A stretch of DNA of 64,000 bases from an uncultured Chloroflexia bacterium (GCA_963797855.1 CAWCQX010000011.1:24887-88886); one strand, 5' to 3'; positions 51,767 to 63,688 are shown, counted from the first letter of the stretch. The notes: a model not told the origin generated them from the sequence alone. Made by a program: numbers and translations.

Positions 51767-52838
51767 TCCGCTGGTCACCGGCCGCGGCACGCTCGCCGTT
51801 CCGGCCTTCCTCCCGGATGCGACGCGGGCCGGCGTGCGCGGGACGAGCAGCGAGGACCTCCGGGCGGTCGGGATCGAGGGCGTCGTCGTGAACGCCTTCC
51901 ATCTGCTCCGGCGTCCGGGCGCCCGGGTGGTGCAGGCCGCCGGCGGGATCCATCGGTTCATGGACTGGGATCGGCCGATCGTCAGCGACTCGGGCGGCTT
52001 CCAGATCTGGAGCCTGATCCGCCAGGATCCCAACCGCGGCGTGATCCGCGACAACGAGGTGATCTTCCGCGAGCCGTCGACCGGCGAGAAGTGGAACCTG
52101 ACCCCGGAGCGGATCGTGAACCTCCAGCTCCAGCTTGGCAGCGACGTCGTCGTCTGCCTCGACGACTGCACCGATGCGGAGTCGCCCGAGTCCGAGCAGG
52201 AGCGCTCCGTCGAGCGGACCGTGCGCTGGGCACGCCGCTGCCGCGAGGAGCTCGACAAGCAGGTCGCGCAGCGCGGTGGGGCCCCACCGCGGATCTTCGC
52301 CGTCGTCCAGGGCGGCGGGATCGAGGCGCTGCGACGGCAATGCGCGACCGCCCTGGCCGAGATCGGCTTCGATGGCTACGGCTTCGGCGGCTGGCCGCTC
52401 GCGGCCGACGGCACGCTGCTCGCCGATCCGATGCGCTGGGTCGTCGAGTCGCTCCCGCCCGAGGCTCCGAAGCACGCGCTCGGAGTCGGCCGGCCGGATC
52501 ACGTCGTCAACGCCTTCGCGCTCGGCTATTCGGTGTTCGACTGCGCGCTTCCGACCCGCGACGCTCGTCATGGCCGTCTCTACGCCTTTCGCGATGGCTG
52601 GTCCTCACGCCGGCCGGAGCCGGGCGACGACTTCTACCGCGCCGTCCGCATTCACGATCAGCAGTACCGGGTCGCGCACGGACCGATCGAGGACGGCTGT
52701 GACTGCCCGGTCTGCGCCCGTCACTCGGCGGCCTACCTGCATCACCTGTTCAAGGTCGGGGACACGTCGGCCGAACGGCTGGCGACCCTCCACAACCTGC
52801 GCTTCTACGTGCGCCTCTTCGCGCTGCTCCGCTCGTAG
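51759..52838 (+). CDS. tRNA-guanine transglycosylase (TGT) family protein, divergent substrate pocket
   Basis: The ORF is intact. The GTG start overlaps the upstream stop (GTGGCTGA). It reads VPAFLPDAT...NAFHLLRRPG...IVSDSGGFQIWSL...LDDCT...GFDGYGFGGW...LGVGRPDHV...FDCALPTRDARHG. The Zn site is CDCPVCARHSAAYLHHL. Confidence 0.8.
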   Translation: MADPLVTGRGTLAVPAFLPDATRAGVRGTSSEDLRAVGIEGVVVNAFHLLRRPGARVVQAAGGIHRFMDWDRPIVSDSGGFQIWSLIRQDPNRGVIRDNEVIFREPSTGEKWNLTPERIVNLQLQLGSDVVVCLDDCTDAESPESEQERSVERTVRWARRCREELDKQVAQRGGAPPRIFAVVQGGGIEALRRQCATALAEIGFDGYGFGGWPLAADGTLLADPMRWVVESLPPEAPKHALGVGRPDHVVNAFALGYSVFDCALPTRDARHGRLYAFRDGWSSRRPEPGDDFYRAVRIHDQQYRVAHGPIEDGCDCPVCARHSAAYLHHLFKVGDTSAERLATLHNLRFYVRLFALLRS

Positions 52839-52840
52839 CG

Positions 52841-53936
52841 TCAGGCGTGGGCGGCGGCCTGCGCGGCGTCCTCGCGACCGAGCGTGTCCGGGCTCACGTT
52901 TCGCGCACGAGCGAGGCGCTCGGTGAGCAGCTGCAGCGCGACGGCCGATGCGAGCAGCGAGCCAGCCATGGCAGGCACGCGTCCCGTGTGCGGCAAGACG
53001 ATGCGGGCGGCCGGTGTCTCGTCGGGATCGATCTCACCGGCAATCTCGTCGCCGATGATCGCGGCGGTTGGAACCGCGAGGGCCTTCGCGGCGGCGAGGA
53101 GCCGGTGCGCCCGAGCGAGGATCTCCGGAGAGCCGTCGGTCAGGACGACGACGAGCCCGGTCCAGCGCGTGACGGCGGCGAGGTGCCCGTGCAGGACGGT
53201 CTCGAGCTCGAGGGCGGTGGCGGGCTGGCGAGGTCCCTCGCTGACCTTGAGCGCAAGCTCGCGGGCGGTGATCGCATCGTGCCCGGCGCCGGCGACGATC
53301 AGCCGATCGGTTCCGGCCATCGCCGCCGCGATCTCGGCGGGGCCGTGAGCGTCCTGGCTGACGTCCAGGAGGGCTCGGATCGCGGCCGCGTCGAGCCGGG
53401 ACCTGCGCAGCTTCGCGGCCAGCGCGACGCCCACGACCAGCGGCGCCAGGTAGCCGATGGTGTGGCACCAGCTCTGGTCCTGCTCCTCGGTGAGGATCAC
53501 GTGGCCGGCGAGGGCGGCACCGGGCGATCCCGGTCCGACGGTGATCAGCGCCGTCGTCGCCCCGGCCGCCTGGGCGGCGGAGATCGCCTCGTTCGTCGCG
53601 TAGGTGCCGCCCTCGTGCGAGACCGCAATGAGCAGCCCGTCGCCGATCGGACGCTGGACGGCCTCGAGCGCCTGGACCGACCGAACCTCGCGGCCGGCGG
53701 GCAGGTCGAGCGCGTCGGACACGAGGCCGTGCGATCGCCATCGCGGCGTGCTCGGACGTCCCGCAGCCGGTCGTGACGACCGGTCGCCCGGCATCGATCG
53801 CGGCGCGGATCTCGCTCGCGAGCGCATCGAGCGTCGGATCCTTGGCCAGCCGTCGGACGAGGCGCTCGGCGACCGCGGGCTCGGCGGCGATCATCTCGCT
53901 CATGACGTACGGCGGGCGCGATCGGAACGGCGGCAT
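52841..53936 (-). CDS. SIS-domain sugar isomerase/aminotransferase-like protein (GlmS C-terminal/FrlB-like; frameshift near 53720)
   Basis: The N-terminus reads MSEMIAAEPAVAERL...RPVVTTGCGTSEHAA. It continues LLIAVSHEGGTYATNEAISAAQAAGATTALIT...RLIVAGAGHDAITARELALKVSEG in ORF 52841..53827. Confidence 0.7.
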
Positions 53937-54005
53937 GCTCGACGGCGCCCACGGGTCGGGGGCGCCGGGCAGCGGCTGGTTCGGCGGGGCGTGGCATCGT
54001 CGGCG

Positions 54006-54485
54006 TCAGAAGGGCTTCAGGACCATGAGCGCGACGATCACGGCCAGGGCGATCAGCTCGGCGACGTGGGCGGCGCGGACGGTCGGATCGGCGAAGGCGG
54101 CATGGAGCTCCGGGGTGACCCGGCCGGCGCTGCGCGCCCCGTCGAGCACGACGGCGAACCGGCGGCCGCGCGGCAGGAAGATCGTCGGCACCATCGCGGC
54201 GATCCCGAAGGAGAGGATGAGTGCGGCGAGCATCCACCCCGTCGTCAGGCCGAGCCACGGGTAGCCCTGGGCCCAGGCGGTCAGGAGTCCGACCACGACG
54301 ACGAGCATCGAGCTGACGCGGACCGTCATCTCGAACGGGTCGGAGGCTTCGAGCAGCGCCTCGGTTCGCTCCATCGTCTCGCTGCGCTCGGCAGACCCGA
54401 GCAGGAGCCAGCGACCGATGACGCCGGTCACGAGGGCCATGGCCAGCGCGACATGGAGGAGCTTGAGGAGTCCCGACCAGTCCAT
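54006..54485 (-). CDS. DUF2269-like integral membrane protein
   Basis: The ORF is intact at 159 aa with four hydrophobic segments, starting MDWSGLLKLLHVALAMALVTGVIG... Confidence 0.55.
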   Translation of the reverse strand: MDWSGLLKLLHVALAMALVTGVIGRWLLLGSAERSETMERTEALLEASDPFEMTVRVSSMLVVVVGLLTAWAQGYPWLGLTTGWMLAALILSFGIAAMVPTIFLPRGRRFAVVLDGARSAGRVTPELHAAFADPTVRAAHVAELIALAVIVALMVLKPF

Positions 54486-54491
54486 CGGCCC

Positions 54492-56172
<1,681 letters not shown>

Positions 56173-56219
56173 GGGCCGATGATACGGCGGGCCGTCAGGA
56201 AGCTTCGGTGATCGGAAGC

Positions 56220-56938
56220 TCATCCCGGCATCGTGGACAGGAAGAACGCGATCGAGAAGCCGAAGACCGTCGCCAGTCCGACGCCGATGCCGCCGTCGCG
56301 GAACGCCTCCGGGAACATCGTGTCCGCCAGCATCGCGAGGATCGCGCCCGCGGCGAACGCCTGGATGATCGCCGCCGGCCCCGGCGCCATGTCGCCGAGC
56401 GCGACGAAGCCGATCGCCGCGGCGACCGCCGACGCGAGCGCGACCACCACCCAGAGGAGCATGATCTGCCCCGGCGATCGGCCGGCGTCGCGCAGGTCGC
56501 GCGCCGCCCCCAAGCCCTTCCGGGAAGTTCGACGCGAAGACGGCCGCCAGGAACGAGACGGAGACGCCGAGCCCGCCGATCAGCGAGGCGCCGAGGACGA
56601 TCGACTCGGGCAGGCCGTCGAGGAGCGCGCCGAGCACGATCGCGGGACCGTTGTTCGCCTCGCCGCCCGACGAGCCGCCGAGGCCGCGCTCGATCAGCAG
56701 GTCCCCGACGAAGAACGTGAGGCCGCCCAGCGCGAGCCCGAGGGCGGTCGGTCCCGTGCCGCCCTGGTTGAATGCCTCCTCGGTCAGGTCGAAGGCCAGC
56801 GCCGAGACCAGCGCCCCGGCGCCGAACGCCATGATCAGCGCGACGATGCGCCGCGAGATCGGGACCCAGATGCCGACGCGCGGCGCCGATGACGAGCGCG
56901 CTCGCCGCGACGAGGCCCCAGAACGCGGCCTCCAGCAT
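56220..56938 (-). CDS. ZIP family metal transporter (two frameshifts)
   Basis: It reads [19 protein letters not shown]..., then [20 protein letters not shown]...[15 protein letters not shown], then ORF 56220..56513 with ...[19 protein letters not shown]. Confidence 0.75.
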
Positions 56939-56943
56939 CGTGC

Positions 56944-57697
56944 TCAGTCCTCGCCGAACGGATTCGGGCGCTTCGGGCCTTCCGGCAGGAAGCCGGAAGA
57001 GGTCGTCGGGATCGCCCTTCGGCGGCAGCGGGAGCGGCCAGTCGTCGCCCTCGTCGGGCTCGGATGCGCGCAGGAGATCGGACCAGGCGTCCGCATCGGT
57101 CTCGCCGGTCAGCTCGCGCCGATAGACCGGGAAGCGCTCGTCGCCGGCGATGTGCTCGAAGCCGGCCGCCTCGTAGACCGATGCCGGACCCGGCGACGGC
57201 AGCCACGGGTCGGGCACGCCCTCGGGATAGGCCTCGACGGCGATGATGCCGCGCCGGTCGAGCTCATCGCAGACCCCGTTCAGCAGCTCGATGCCGGCCG
57301 GATCGCGGTCCTCGGGCGGCCCGGTCACCTGGAGGCAGGTGACGACCCACGGGGCGGGCGAGTCCGGGAGCTGCGGGTAGCGGTCCCGGATCGTCTGGGC
57401 TCGCGGGTAGGCGCTCAGCGGTCCGAACTGGGCGTAGCCGATCGCGACCCGGGCGACCGCATCGGTTCGGTAGGCCAGCATCGCGTACGAGCCGGAGAGA
57501 TCGCGGGCGGCGAGCAGGCGCCGGCGCTTGAGCGACGCTCGCGCGGTGCCGTCGGGAGCGTCGGCAGCCGGTGCCTCGCGACCGCCGTCGAGCCGCTCCC
57601 AGTAGTCGCAGGTCTGGCAGCGCGCACCGGGCTGTGCCGGATCGGGGATGTCGTCGAAGCCCGCCTCGTCGAGCAGGACGAGCTCGAGGTCAGGCAT
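56944..57697 (-). CDS. hypothetical protein, GNAT-acetyltransferase-like (3' end frameshifted)
   Basis: It reads [34 protein letters not shown]...[18 protein letters not shown]...VYEAAGFEH. As assembled there is no stop before the ZIP gene. A TGA at 56944-56946 exists in another frame. Confidence 0.4.
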
Positions 57698-59228
57698 GAG
57701 CCCGCTGGGTGGCGCCGTTGGCGAGCAGGTCCCCCGAATGGACGAGCTCGCGAACCGCGTCGATGTCCGGCGAGGGTGGACGGTCGGCGTCGAGATGGGC
57801 GACCCGCGCCCGGATCGCTGCGTGGGCGGCTGCGACCCCTGCCCCGGGGCGAAGCGGAGCGCGGAAGTCGATGCCCTGTGCCGCGCACAGCGCCTCGATC
57901 GCGATCACCAGCTCGGCCCGATCGACCGCCTCTCGCAGGTGGAGCGCCGACGTGGCTCCCATGCTCACGTGGTCCTCCTGGTTGGCGCTGGTCGGGATGC
58001 TGTCGACCGATGCCGGATGGGACAGCGTCTGCAGCTCGTTCACCAGGGCGGCCGCCGTGTAGTGGGCGATCATCAGCCCGCTCTCGATGCCCGGCCGCTC
58101 GGCGAGGAACGCCGGCAGGCCGGCCGAGAGATGCGCATCCACGAGGCGTGCGGTCCGCCGCTCGGAGATCGACGCCAGCTCCGCGACGGCCATCGTGGCG
58201 TAGTCGAGCGCCAGCGCCAGCGGCTCGCCATGGAAGTTGCCGCCGCTGATCACCGCTCCCGGACGGGAAGACGAGCGGGTTGTCGGTCGCGGCGTTGATC
58301 TCCACGCCGAGGACGCGCTCGAGCTCGGCCAGCGCGTCGCGAGCGGCGCCGTGGACCTGCGGCATGCATCGGAGGCTGTACGCGTCCTGCACCCGGTGCT
58401 CGGTATCGGCGCGATGGGACGCCCAGATCTCGCTGTCCGCCAGCAGCTCGCGCAGGTGCCTGGCCGATGCGACCTGCCCCGGATGCGGGCGCGCGGCGAT
58501 CAGCTCCTCCGCGAAGGCGGCGCCGGTGCCGAGCATCGCCTCCAGGCTCATCGCGCCGACGACGTCGGCGGTCAGCGCCAGCCGCATGGCGTCGTGATGA
58601 GCGAGGGCGCCGATCCCGGCCATCAGCTGGGTCCCGTTGAGCAGCGCCAGGCCTTCCTTTGCCTCGCAGCTCGATCGGCTCGAGCCCGGCGCGCGCCAGC
58701 GCCTCGGCTCCGCCGCCCGGGCCGGCGCCGTCGACGGTCGCCTCGCCCTCCCCGATGAGCACGAGCGCGACGTGAGCCAGCGGCGCGAGGTCGCCCGACG
58801 CGCCGAGGCTGCCGCGCGACGGGACGACCGGATGGATCGCCGCGTTCAGCATCGCGACGAGCAGGTCGACGACCTCGACGCGCACGCCGGAGAGCCCGAC
58901 CGCCAGGGCGTTCGCCCGCAGGAGGAGCATCGCCCGCACGACGTCGTCGGGCAGCGGGTCGCCGACGCCGGCGGCATGGGAGCGGACGAGGTTGCGCTGG
59001 AGGGCCGACGTCTGCGCCGGGTCGACGCGCGTATCGGCCAGGTCGCCGAAGCCGGTGGTGACGCCATAGACGGTTGCGCCGTCGGCCACGAGCCGCTCGA
59101 TCACGGCCCGCGATGCCCGCATCCGATCCGCCGCTCCGGCTTCGAGCTCGACGGCCCGTCGGCCCCGCGCGACCTCGATGACGTTGATCGATGGTGAGGT
59201 CCCGGCCGGTGAGCGGAAGGGGCGGCAT
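57690..59228 (-). CDS. hutH: histidine ammonia-lyase (at least three frameshifts)
   Basis: Colinear fragments: [13 protein letters not shown]...; [16 protein letters not shown]...[14 protein letters not shown]...[16 protein letters not shown] (MIO-forming ASG); ...[15 protein letters not shown]...[10 protein letters not shown]; ...[14 protein letters not shown]...[11 protein letters not shown]. Confidence 0.9.
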
Positions 59229-59248
59229 CGGTCCCTATACTACGCACC

Positions 59249-60112
59249 GTGCGACGGCTGCCGGACATCATGAGCCGCCTCGTCGTCCATGACGAGGCCG
59301 CCATTCGACTGGGCGGAGCCGTCCCCAGCCCGGCCGCGGCGTTCCTCCTGACGATGATCGCCCTGCCCGCGCTGTTCTGGCTGATCATGCTCAAGCGCAC
59401 CGTCACCGGCGGCTCCACGCTGCCCGAAGAGTGGGTGATGCAGACGATCGTCGTGCCGGCCTCCACCTGGATCGAGGTCCACGTCCCGGTGCTCGACACG
59501 CTGATCATCGGCATCAGCGCGCTCGGCAGCGGCTGGTTCGTGGCGCTGGCCTTCGCCGCGCTCGGGCTCCTGGCGCTGTCCCGTGGCCGCCGCGACCTCG
59601 CCCTCCTCCTGGCCCTCGGCACGCTCTGCTTCCCGATGGAGTGGGCGCTGAAGTACTTCACGTCGGCCGAGGCGATCAGCCTCCCGACCCTCGTCAATGC
59701 GATCTTCAACGTGAACGGCGTCGGTCTCGACGACATCGCCGACTTCCCGGCCGGGCATGCGCTGCGCGCCACCGTCCTCTATGGGTTGGCCGCCTTCTGC
59801 GTCGCCCGGCTGGCACACGACGTTCGGCAGGGCGTGAGCGCCTACGTCGTCGCGATCGTGCTCATCGGCGCGATCAGCGCGACGCGCCTCTACCTCGGCG
59901 CGCACTACCCGATCGACGTGCTCGGCGGCTGGATCGCCGGGGCCGCGCTGCTGTCGATCCTCGTCGCCGTCCACGTCCTCCGCGTCGACGAGCGGGCGAA
60001 GGCGCGCGAGCGGACGCGGGCGGCGGCCGCGCCGCGGAGAGTGGCGGTCCCGCGTCGCGTGACGCCACCAGCGTCCGCCTCGAAGGCGTCCGGCGAGACG
60101 GTCGAGGGCTGA
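59249..60112 (+). CDS. PAP2-family phosphatase (membrane)
   Basis: The ORF is intact with a GTG start. It carries FPAGHALRATV and SATRLYLGAHYPIDVLGG (PAP2 C2/C3 motifs) and several TM segments. Confidence 0.75.
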   Translation: MRRLPDIMSRLVVHDEAAIRLGGAVPSPAAAFLLTMIALPALFWLIMLKRTVTGGSTLPEEWVMQTIVVPASTWIEVHVPVLDTLIIGISALGSGWFVALAFAALGLLALSRGRRDLALLLALGTLCFPMEWALKYFTSAEAISLPTLVNAIFNVNGVGLDDIADFPAGHALRATVLYGLAAFCVARLAHDVRQGVSAYVVAIVLIGAISATRLYLGAHYPIDVLGGWIAGAALLSILVAVHVLRVDERAKARERTRAAAAPRRVAVPRRVTPPASASKASGETVEG

Positions 60113-60115
60113 TCG

Positions 60116-60796
60116 CTGCTCGACTTCATCGACCAGCAGGTCATCCCATTCATCCTCCAGCTGTACGACGCGGTCGGGTACGTCGGCGTGGCCATCGGCA
60201 TCGCGCTCGAGACGTTCATCCCGATCCTGCCGTCCGAGATCATCGTCCCGATGGCGGGCTGGAAGATCGCCCAGTCGGCGGCCGATCCGACGGTCGTCGA
60301 GCCGCTCACCGGCCAGCCGTGGACGTTCATCGGCGCGCTCGCCGCGGCAACGGTGGGGGCGGCGATCGGGTCGCTCGCCGGCTACCTCATCGGGGCCTGG
60401 GGCGGGCGACCGCTCCTCGACCGCTATGGCCGCTGGGTCCACATCTACCCCGACGACCTCGACCGCGCCGACCAGTGGTTCGCGCGCTACGGCGACCGGG
60501 CGGTCCTCATCTGCCGGCTCATTCCGCTGCTCCGGGCGCTCATCAACTTCCCCGCGGGCGTGGCGCGCATGCCGGTCGGCCGCTTCCTCTTCTTCAGCGT
60601 CCTCGGCTCGCTGCCCTGGAACGCGGCGCTCCTGCTCGGCGGGATCCTCCTCGGGGCGAACTACGAGGCGCTGTACCACGCGATCCGCCCCTTCGAGATC
60701 GTCATCTACATCATCGTGCTGATCGGGATCGCCGTCGTCATCGCGCTCTGGCTCCGCGGCCGCGACCGCCGCTCGGAGGCTCCCGAGGGCGGTTGA
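60116..60796 (+). CDS. DedA family membrane protein (true start uncertain)
   Basis: It reads ...ALETFIPILPSEIIVPMAG...LAGYLIGAWGGRPLLDRYG...ADQWFARYGDRAVLICRLIPLLRALINFPAGVARMP. Homology extends upstream of the GTG at 60188 to just after the PAP2 stop. Only a CTG (60116) is available there. Confidence 0.75.
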   Translation: MLDFIDQQVIPFILQLYDAVGYVGVAIGIALETFIPILPSEIIVPMAGWKIAQSAADPTVVEPLTGQPWTFIGALAAATVGAAIGSLAGYLIGAWGGRPLLDRYGRWVHIYPDDLDRADQWFARYGDRAVLICRLIPLLRALINFPAGVARMPVGRFLFFSVLGSLPWNAALLLGGILLGANYEALYHAIRPFEIVIYIIVLIGIAVVIALWLRGRDRRSEAPEGG

Positions 60797-60837
60797 CCGG
60801 TCGGTCGGCCGATGGCACCCTGCGGGCAACAGAACAC

Positions 60838-61002
60838 ATCGTCTTCGGGGCGGGGTGAAAGTCCCCACCGGCGGTCGGCTCGCGAATCAGCGAGCCAGCC
60901 CGCGAACCGCATCGGCCCAGACGCCGATGCGGCCGACCTGACCCCCGGCGCTCGCCGGGGCAGACAGGGCCGACGGTCACAGTCCGGATGGGAGAAGACG
61001 AG
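60838..61002 (+). promoter_or_regulatory. FMN riboswitch (RFN element)
   Basis: CGTCTTCGGGGCGGGGTGAAAGTCCCCACCGGCGGT ... AGCCCGCGA ... GCCGACGGTCACAGTCCGGATGGGAGAAGACG matches the conserved RFN core. P1 closes with TCTTC/GAAGA. It lies about 100 nt upstream of the ABC ATPase ATG. Confidence 0.9.
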
Positions 61003-61100
61003 CGCGCTCCGCGAGCGACGCGGCGTGATGACGTCGTGCCGGCCGCGGCAGCGCGGTCCGATGCCCCGTGGCCGATGGCATGCCCTGTCACGGAGCCACG

Positions 61101-61932
61101 ATGACGCCTCACCCGACCGCGACCGGACTCGACCTCTCGCTCGACGGTGTCGACGCGCGCTTCGCGACGGCCGGCGGGCAGATCGAGGCGCTGGCCGGGC
61201 TCGACCTGGCGGTTGGCTGCCGGCTCGTTCACGGCCGTGATCGGGCCGAACGGCTGCGGCAAGAGCACGCTCCTGCGGGTGATCGCGGGGCTCAAGGCTC
61301 CCGACGCGGGGCGGGTGCTGGTCGGCGGGGCGGAGCCGGTCGCCGGCGACGGGCGCGTCGGCCTCGACTTCCAGCAGCCGCGCCTCGTGCCGTGGCGCTC
61401 GGTCATCGACAACGTCGCGCTGCCGATGGAGCTTGCCGGCGTCGCGCCGGACGTGCGCCGCGACCGCGCCGAAGCCGCGCTCGCGCAGGTCGGTCTGGCC
61501 ACGGCCGCGCGGCTGCGGCCGCGCGAGCTCTCGGGTGGGATGGCGCAGCGCGCCGCGCTCGCCCGGGCGTTGGTCGGCGATCCCCCGGTGCTGCTGCTCG
61601 ACGAGCCGTTCAGCGCGCTCGACGCGCTCACCCGCGAGGAGTTCGACGCCGAGCTCCAGCGTCTCTGGCTCGAGCGGCCGCGCACCGTGGTCTTCGTCAC
61701 CCACAGCGTCGCCGAGGCCGTCGCCCTCGCCGATCGCGTCGTCGTCATGACCCCGCGGCCGGGGCGCGTCGCGCGAGTCGTGGAGGTCGACCTCCCGCGG
61801 CCGCGGCCCGTCGTGGTCACCGCCGACCCGCGCGCCGCGGCGGTCGCGGCCGAGGTCCGGGACGCGCTCGCATCGGTCCATGCGCTCGAGCTGCGACCGT
61901 GGTCCGAGGCGCCCGAGGTGGGTGCCGCATGA
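61101..61932 (+). CDS. ABC transporter ATP-binding protein, NitT/TauT (nitrate/sulfonate/thiamine-precursor) type (frameshift near 61215)
   Basis: A GGAG RBS is followed by MTPHPTATGLDLSLDGVDARF. ORF 61147..61932 carries GPNGCGKSTLLRVIAG (Walker A), LSGGMAQRAALARAL (signature) and LLLDEPFSALD (Walker B). Confidence 0.88.
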
Positions 61933-62673
61933 AGCGAATCGCGTCGGCCCTCGTCAGCCTGGCGGTCTTCCTCGCGATCTGGAAGCTCGTGACCGTCATC
62001 GGCGACCTGCCGGAGTACATCCTGCCGGCGCCGGAGGTCGTGGTGGAGCGAGGGGTCCGGGCCGTCGGCTCCGGCGTCCTCTGGCCGCACGTCGGCGTCA
62101 CGTTGCTCGAGATCGTCCTCGGCTTCGTCGTCGGCGCGACCGTGGCCATCGGGGTCGGGATCGCGCTGGCGAAGAGCCTCTTCGTCGAGCGCGCCCTGTC
62201 GCCCTACATCGTCGCCGCGCAGGCGATCCCGATCCTGGCGCTCGCGCCGCTGCTCGACATCTGGTTCGGCGGCGGGCTCTCCGCCCGGGTCGTGGTCTGC
62301 GCGCTCATCGTCTTCTTCCCGATCACGATCGCCACGATGGTCGGCATCCGCTCGACCGACCCGCTTCTCGACGAGGTGTTCCGCAGCCTCGGCGCGAGCT
62401 CCGCCCAGCGAACGCGGCTCCTCGAGATCCCGTCGGCCCTGCCGGTGATCTTCGGCGGCCTTCGGATCGGGGTGACGCTCGCGGTCATCGGCGCCGTCGT
62501 CGCCGAGTGGGCGTCCGCCGGCGACACCGGGGTCGGCGTCCTCATCAACATCGCCAACCAGGGGCTCTTCGACACCCCGCTCATGTTCGTCGCCCTCGCC
62601 GTGCTGGCGATCATCGGCCTCGCCTTCTACGGCGGCGTCGTGGTCGTCGAGCGACGGCTCGTCAGCCAAGTGA
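61929..62673 (+). CDS. ABC transporter permease (BPD_transp_1; frameshift close to the 3' end)
   Basis: An ATGA overlap links it to the ATPase. It reads MKRIASALVSLAVFLAIWKL...AAQAIPILALAPLLDIWFG...GASSAQRTRLLEIPSALP. A stop TGA at 62671-62673 exists only in a shifted frame. Confidence 0.85.
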
Positions 62674-62684
62674 AAGGACCACCG

Positions 62685-63688
62685 ATGCGCTCGATTCCGC
62701 GCCGCCATTCTCATCACCCTCGCCGGCGGGTTGCTGGCCGGGTGCCTCTCTCCGGATCCGACCGGCACGGCATCGGTCTCGAGAGCCGCTGCGTGCGGTG
62801 ACCCTGCTCCTCGGGTTCCGCCCGGACGTGCAGTTCGCGCCGTTCTACGTCGCGCAGCAGGAGGGCTTCTACGCCGATGCCGGCCTCGAGGTGACGATCG
62901 AGCACCGCCAGGCGCCCGACGTCCAGCGCCTCGTCGCCGACGGCCAGGCCGAGTTCGGCGTGGCCGATGCCACCGACGTGATGATCGCCCGCACCGCCGG
63001 GATCCCGATCCGCTACGTCTCGACGCTCTACCAGAGCTTCCCGGTGGCGCTGATCGGCGAGGCGGGGACGGTGCCGGCCGATCCGGCGGACCTCGCCGGG
63101 ATGCGCATCGGCACGCCCGGACAGTTCGGCTCGTCGTGGCACGCGCTGCTGGCGCTGCTCGACGCCGGCGGCCTGACGGTCGACGACATCACCGTCCGCG
63201 AGTACCCGCAGTTCAACCAGGTCGACGGCCTCACCAACGGCGACGTCGACCTGATCACCGGCTTCCGCAACAACGAGCCGCTCCAGCTCGAGGACCGGGG
63301 GATGAGCGTCGACCTGCTCACCGTCGACGAGATCGCGCCGCTGCCCGGGCCGGGGATGATCGTCGGCGACGAGCTGCTCGAGTCGGACCCCGAGCTCGTG
63401 CGGGCCTTCGTCGAGGCCACCGCCGCGGCGCAGGCCGCGGTCATCGACGATCCCGATCTCGGGTTCGCGGCCGCGGAGGTCGCCGTGCCGGAGATCTCGG
63501 AGAACCCCGACGTTGCGCGCGCGGTCCTCGACGCAACCGTCGAGCTCTGGGAGGGCGAGGGGTTTGCCAACGGCGCGATCGACGAGGAGCTGTGGGCGAC
63601 CGGCTACGAGACGATGCAGCGCCTCGGCTTCATCGACGGATCGGTCCCGCTCGACGAGATGATCGTCACCGACCTAGGCGGCGGCTGA
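62685..63688 (+). CDS. ABC transporter substrate-binding lipoprotein (NMT1/THI5-like; two frameshifts in the signal region)
   Basis: An ATG at 62685 follows AAAGGA. The lipobox LLAGC lies in a shifted frame. The mature part reads VTLLLGFRPDVQFAPFYVAQQEGFYADAGLEVTIEH...FGVADATDV...IGTPGQFGSSWHAL. Confidence 0.8.

Noticed and set aside
51759-52838. The TGT homologue considered as a DpdA-type DNA 7-deazaguanine insertion enzyme (a DNA modification or defence system).
   Set aside because: No dpdB/C-like helicase or ATPase, preQ0 synthesis or restriction-like genes are nearby. The context is rRNA methyltransferases. I cannot distinguish DpdA from Tgt by eye, so this is only noted as something a phylogeny should test.
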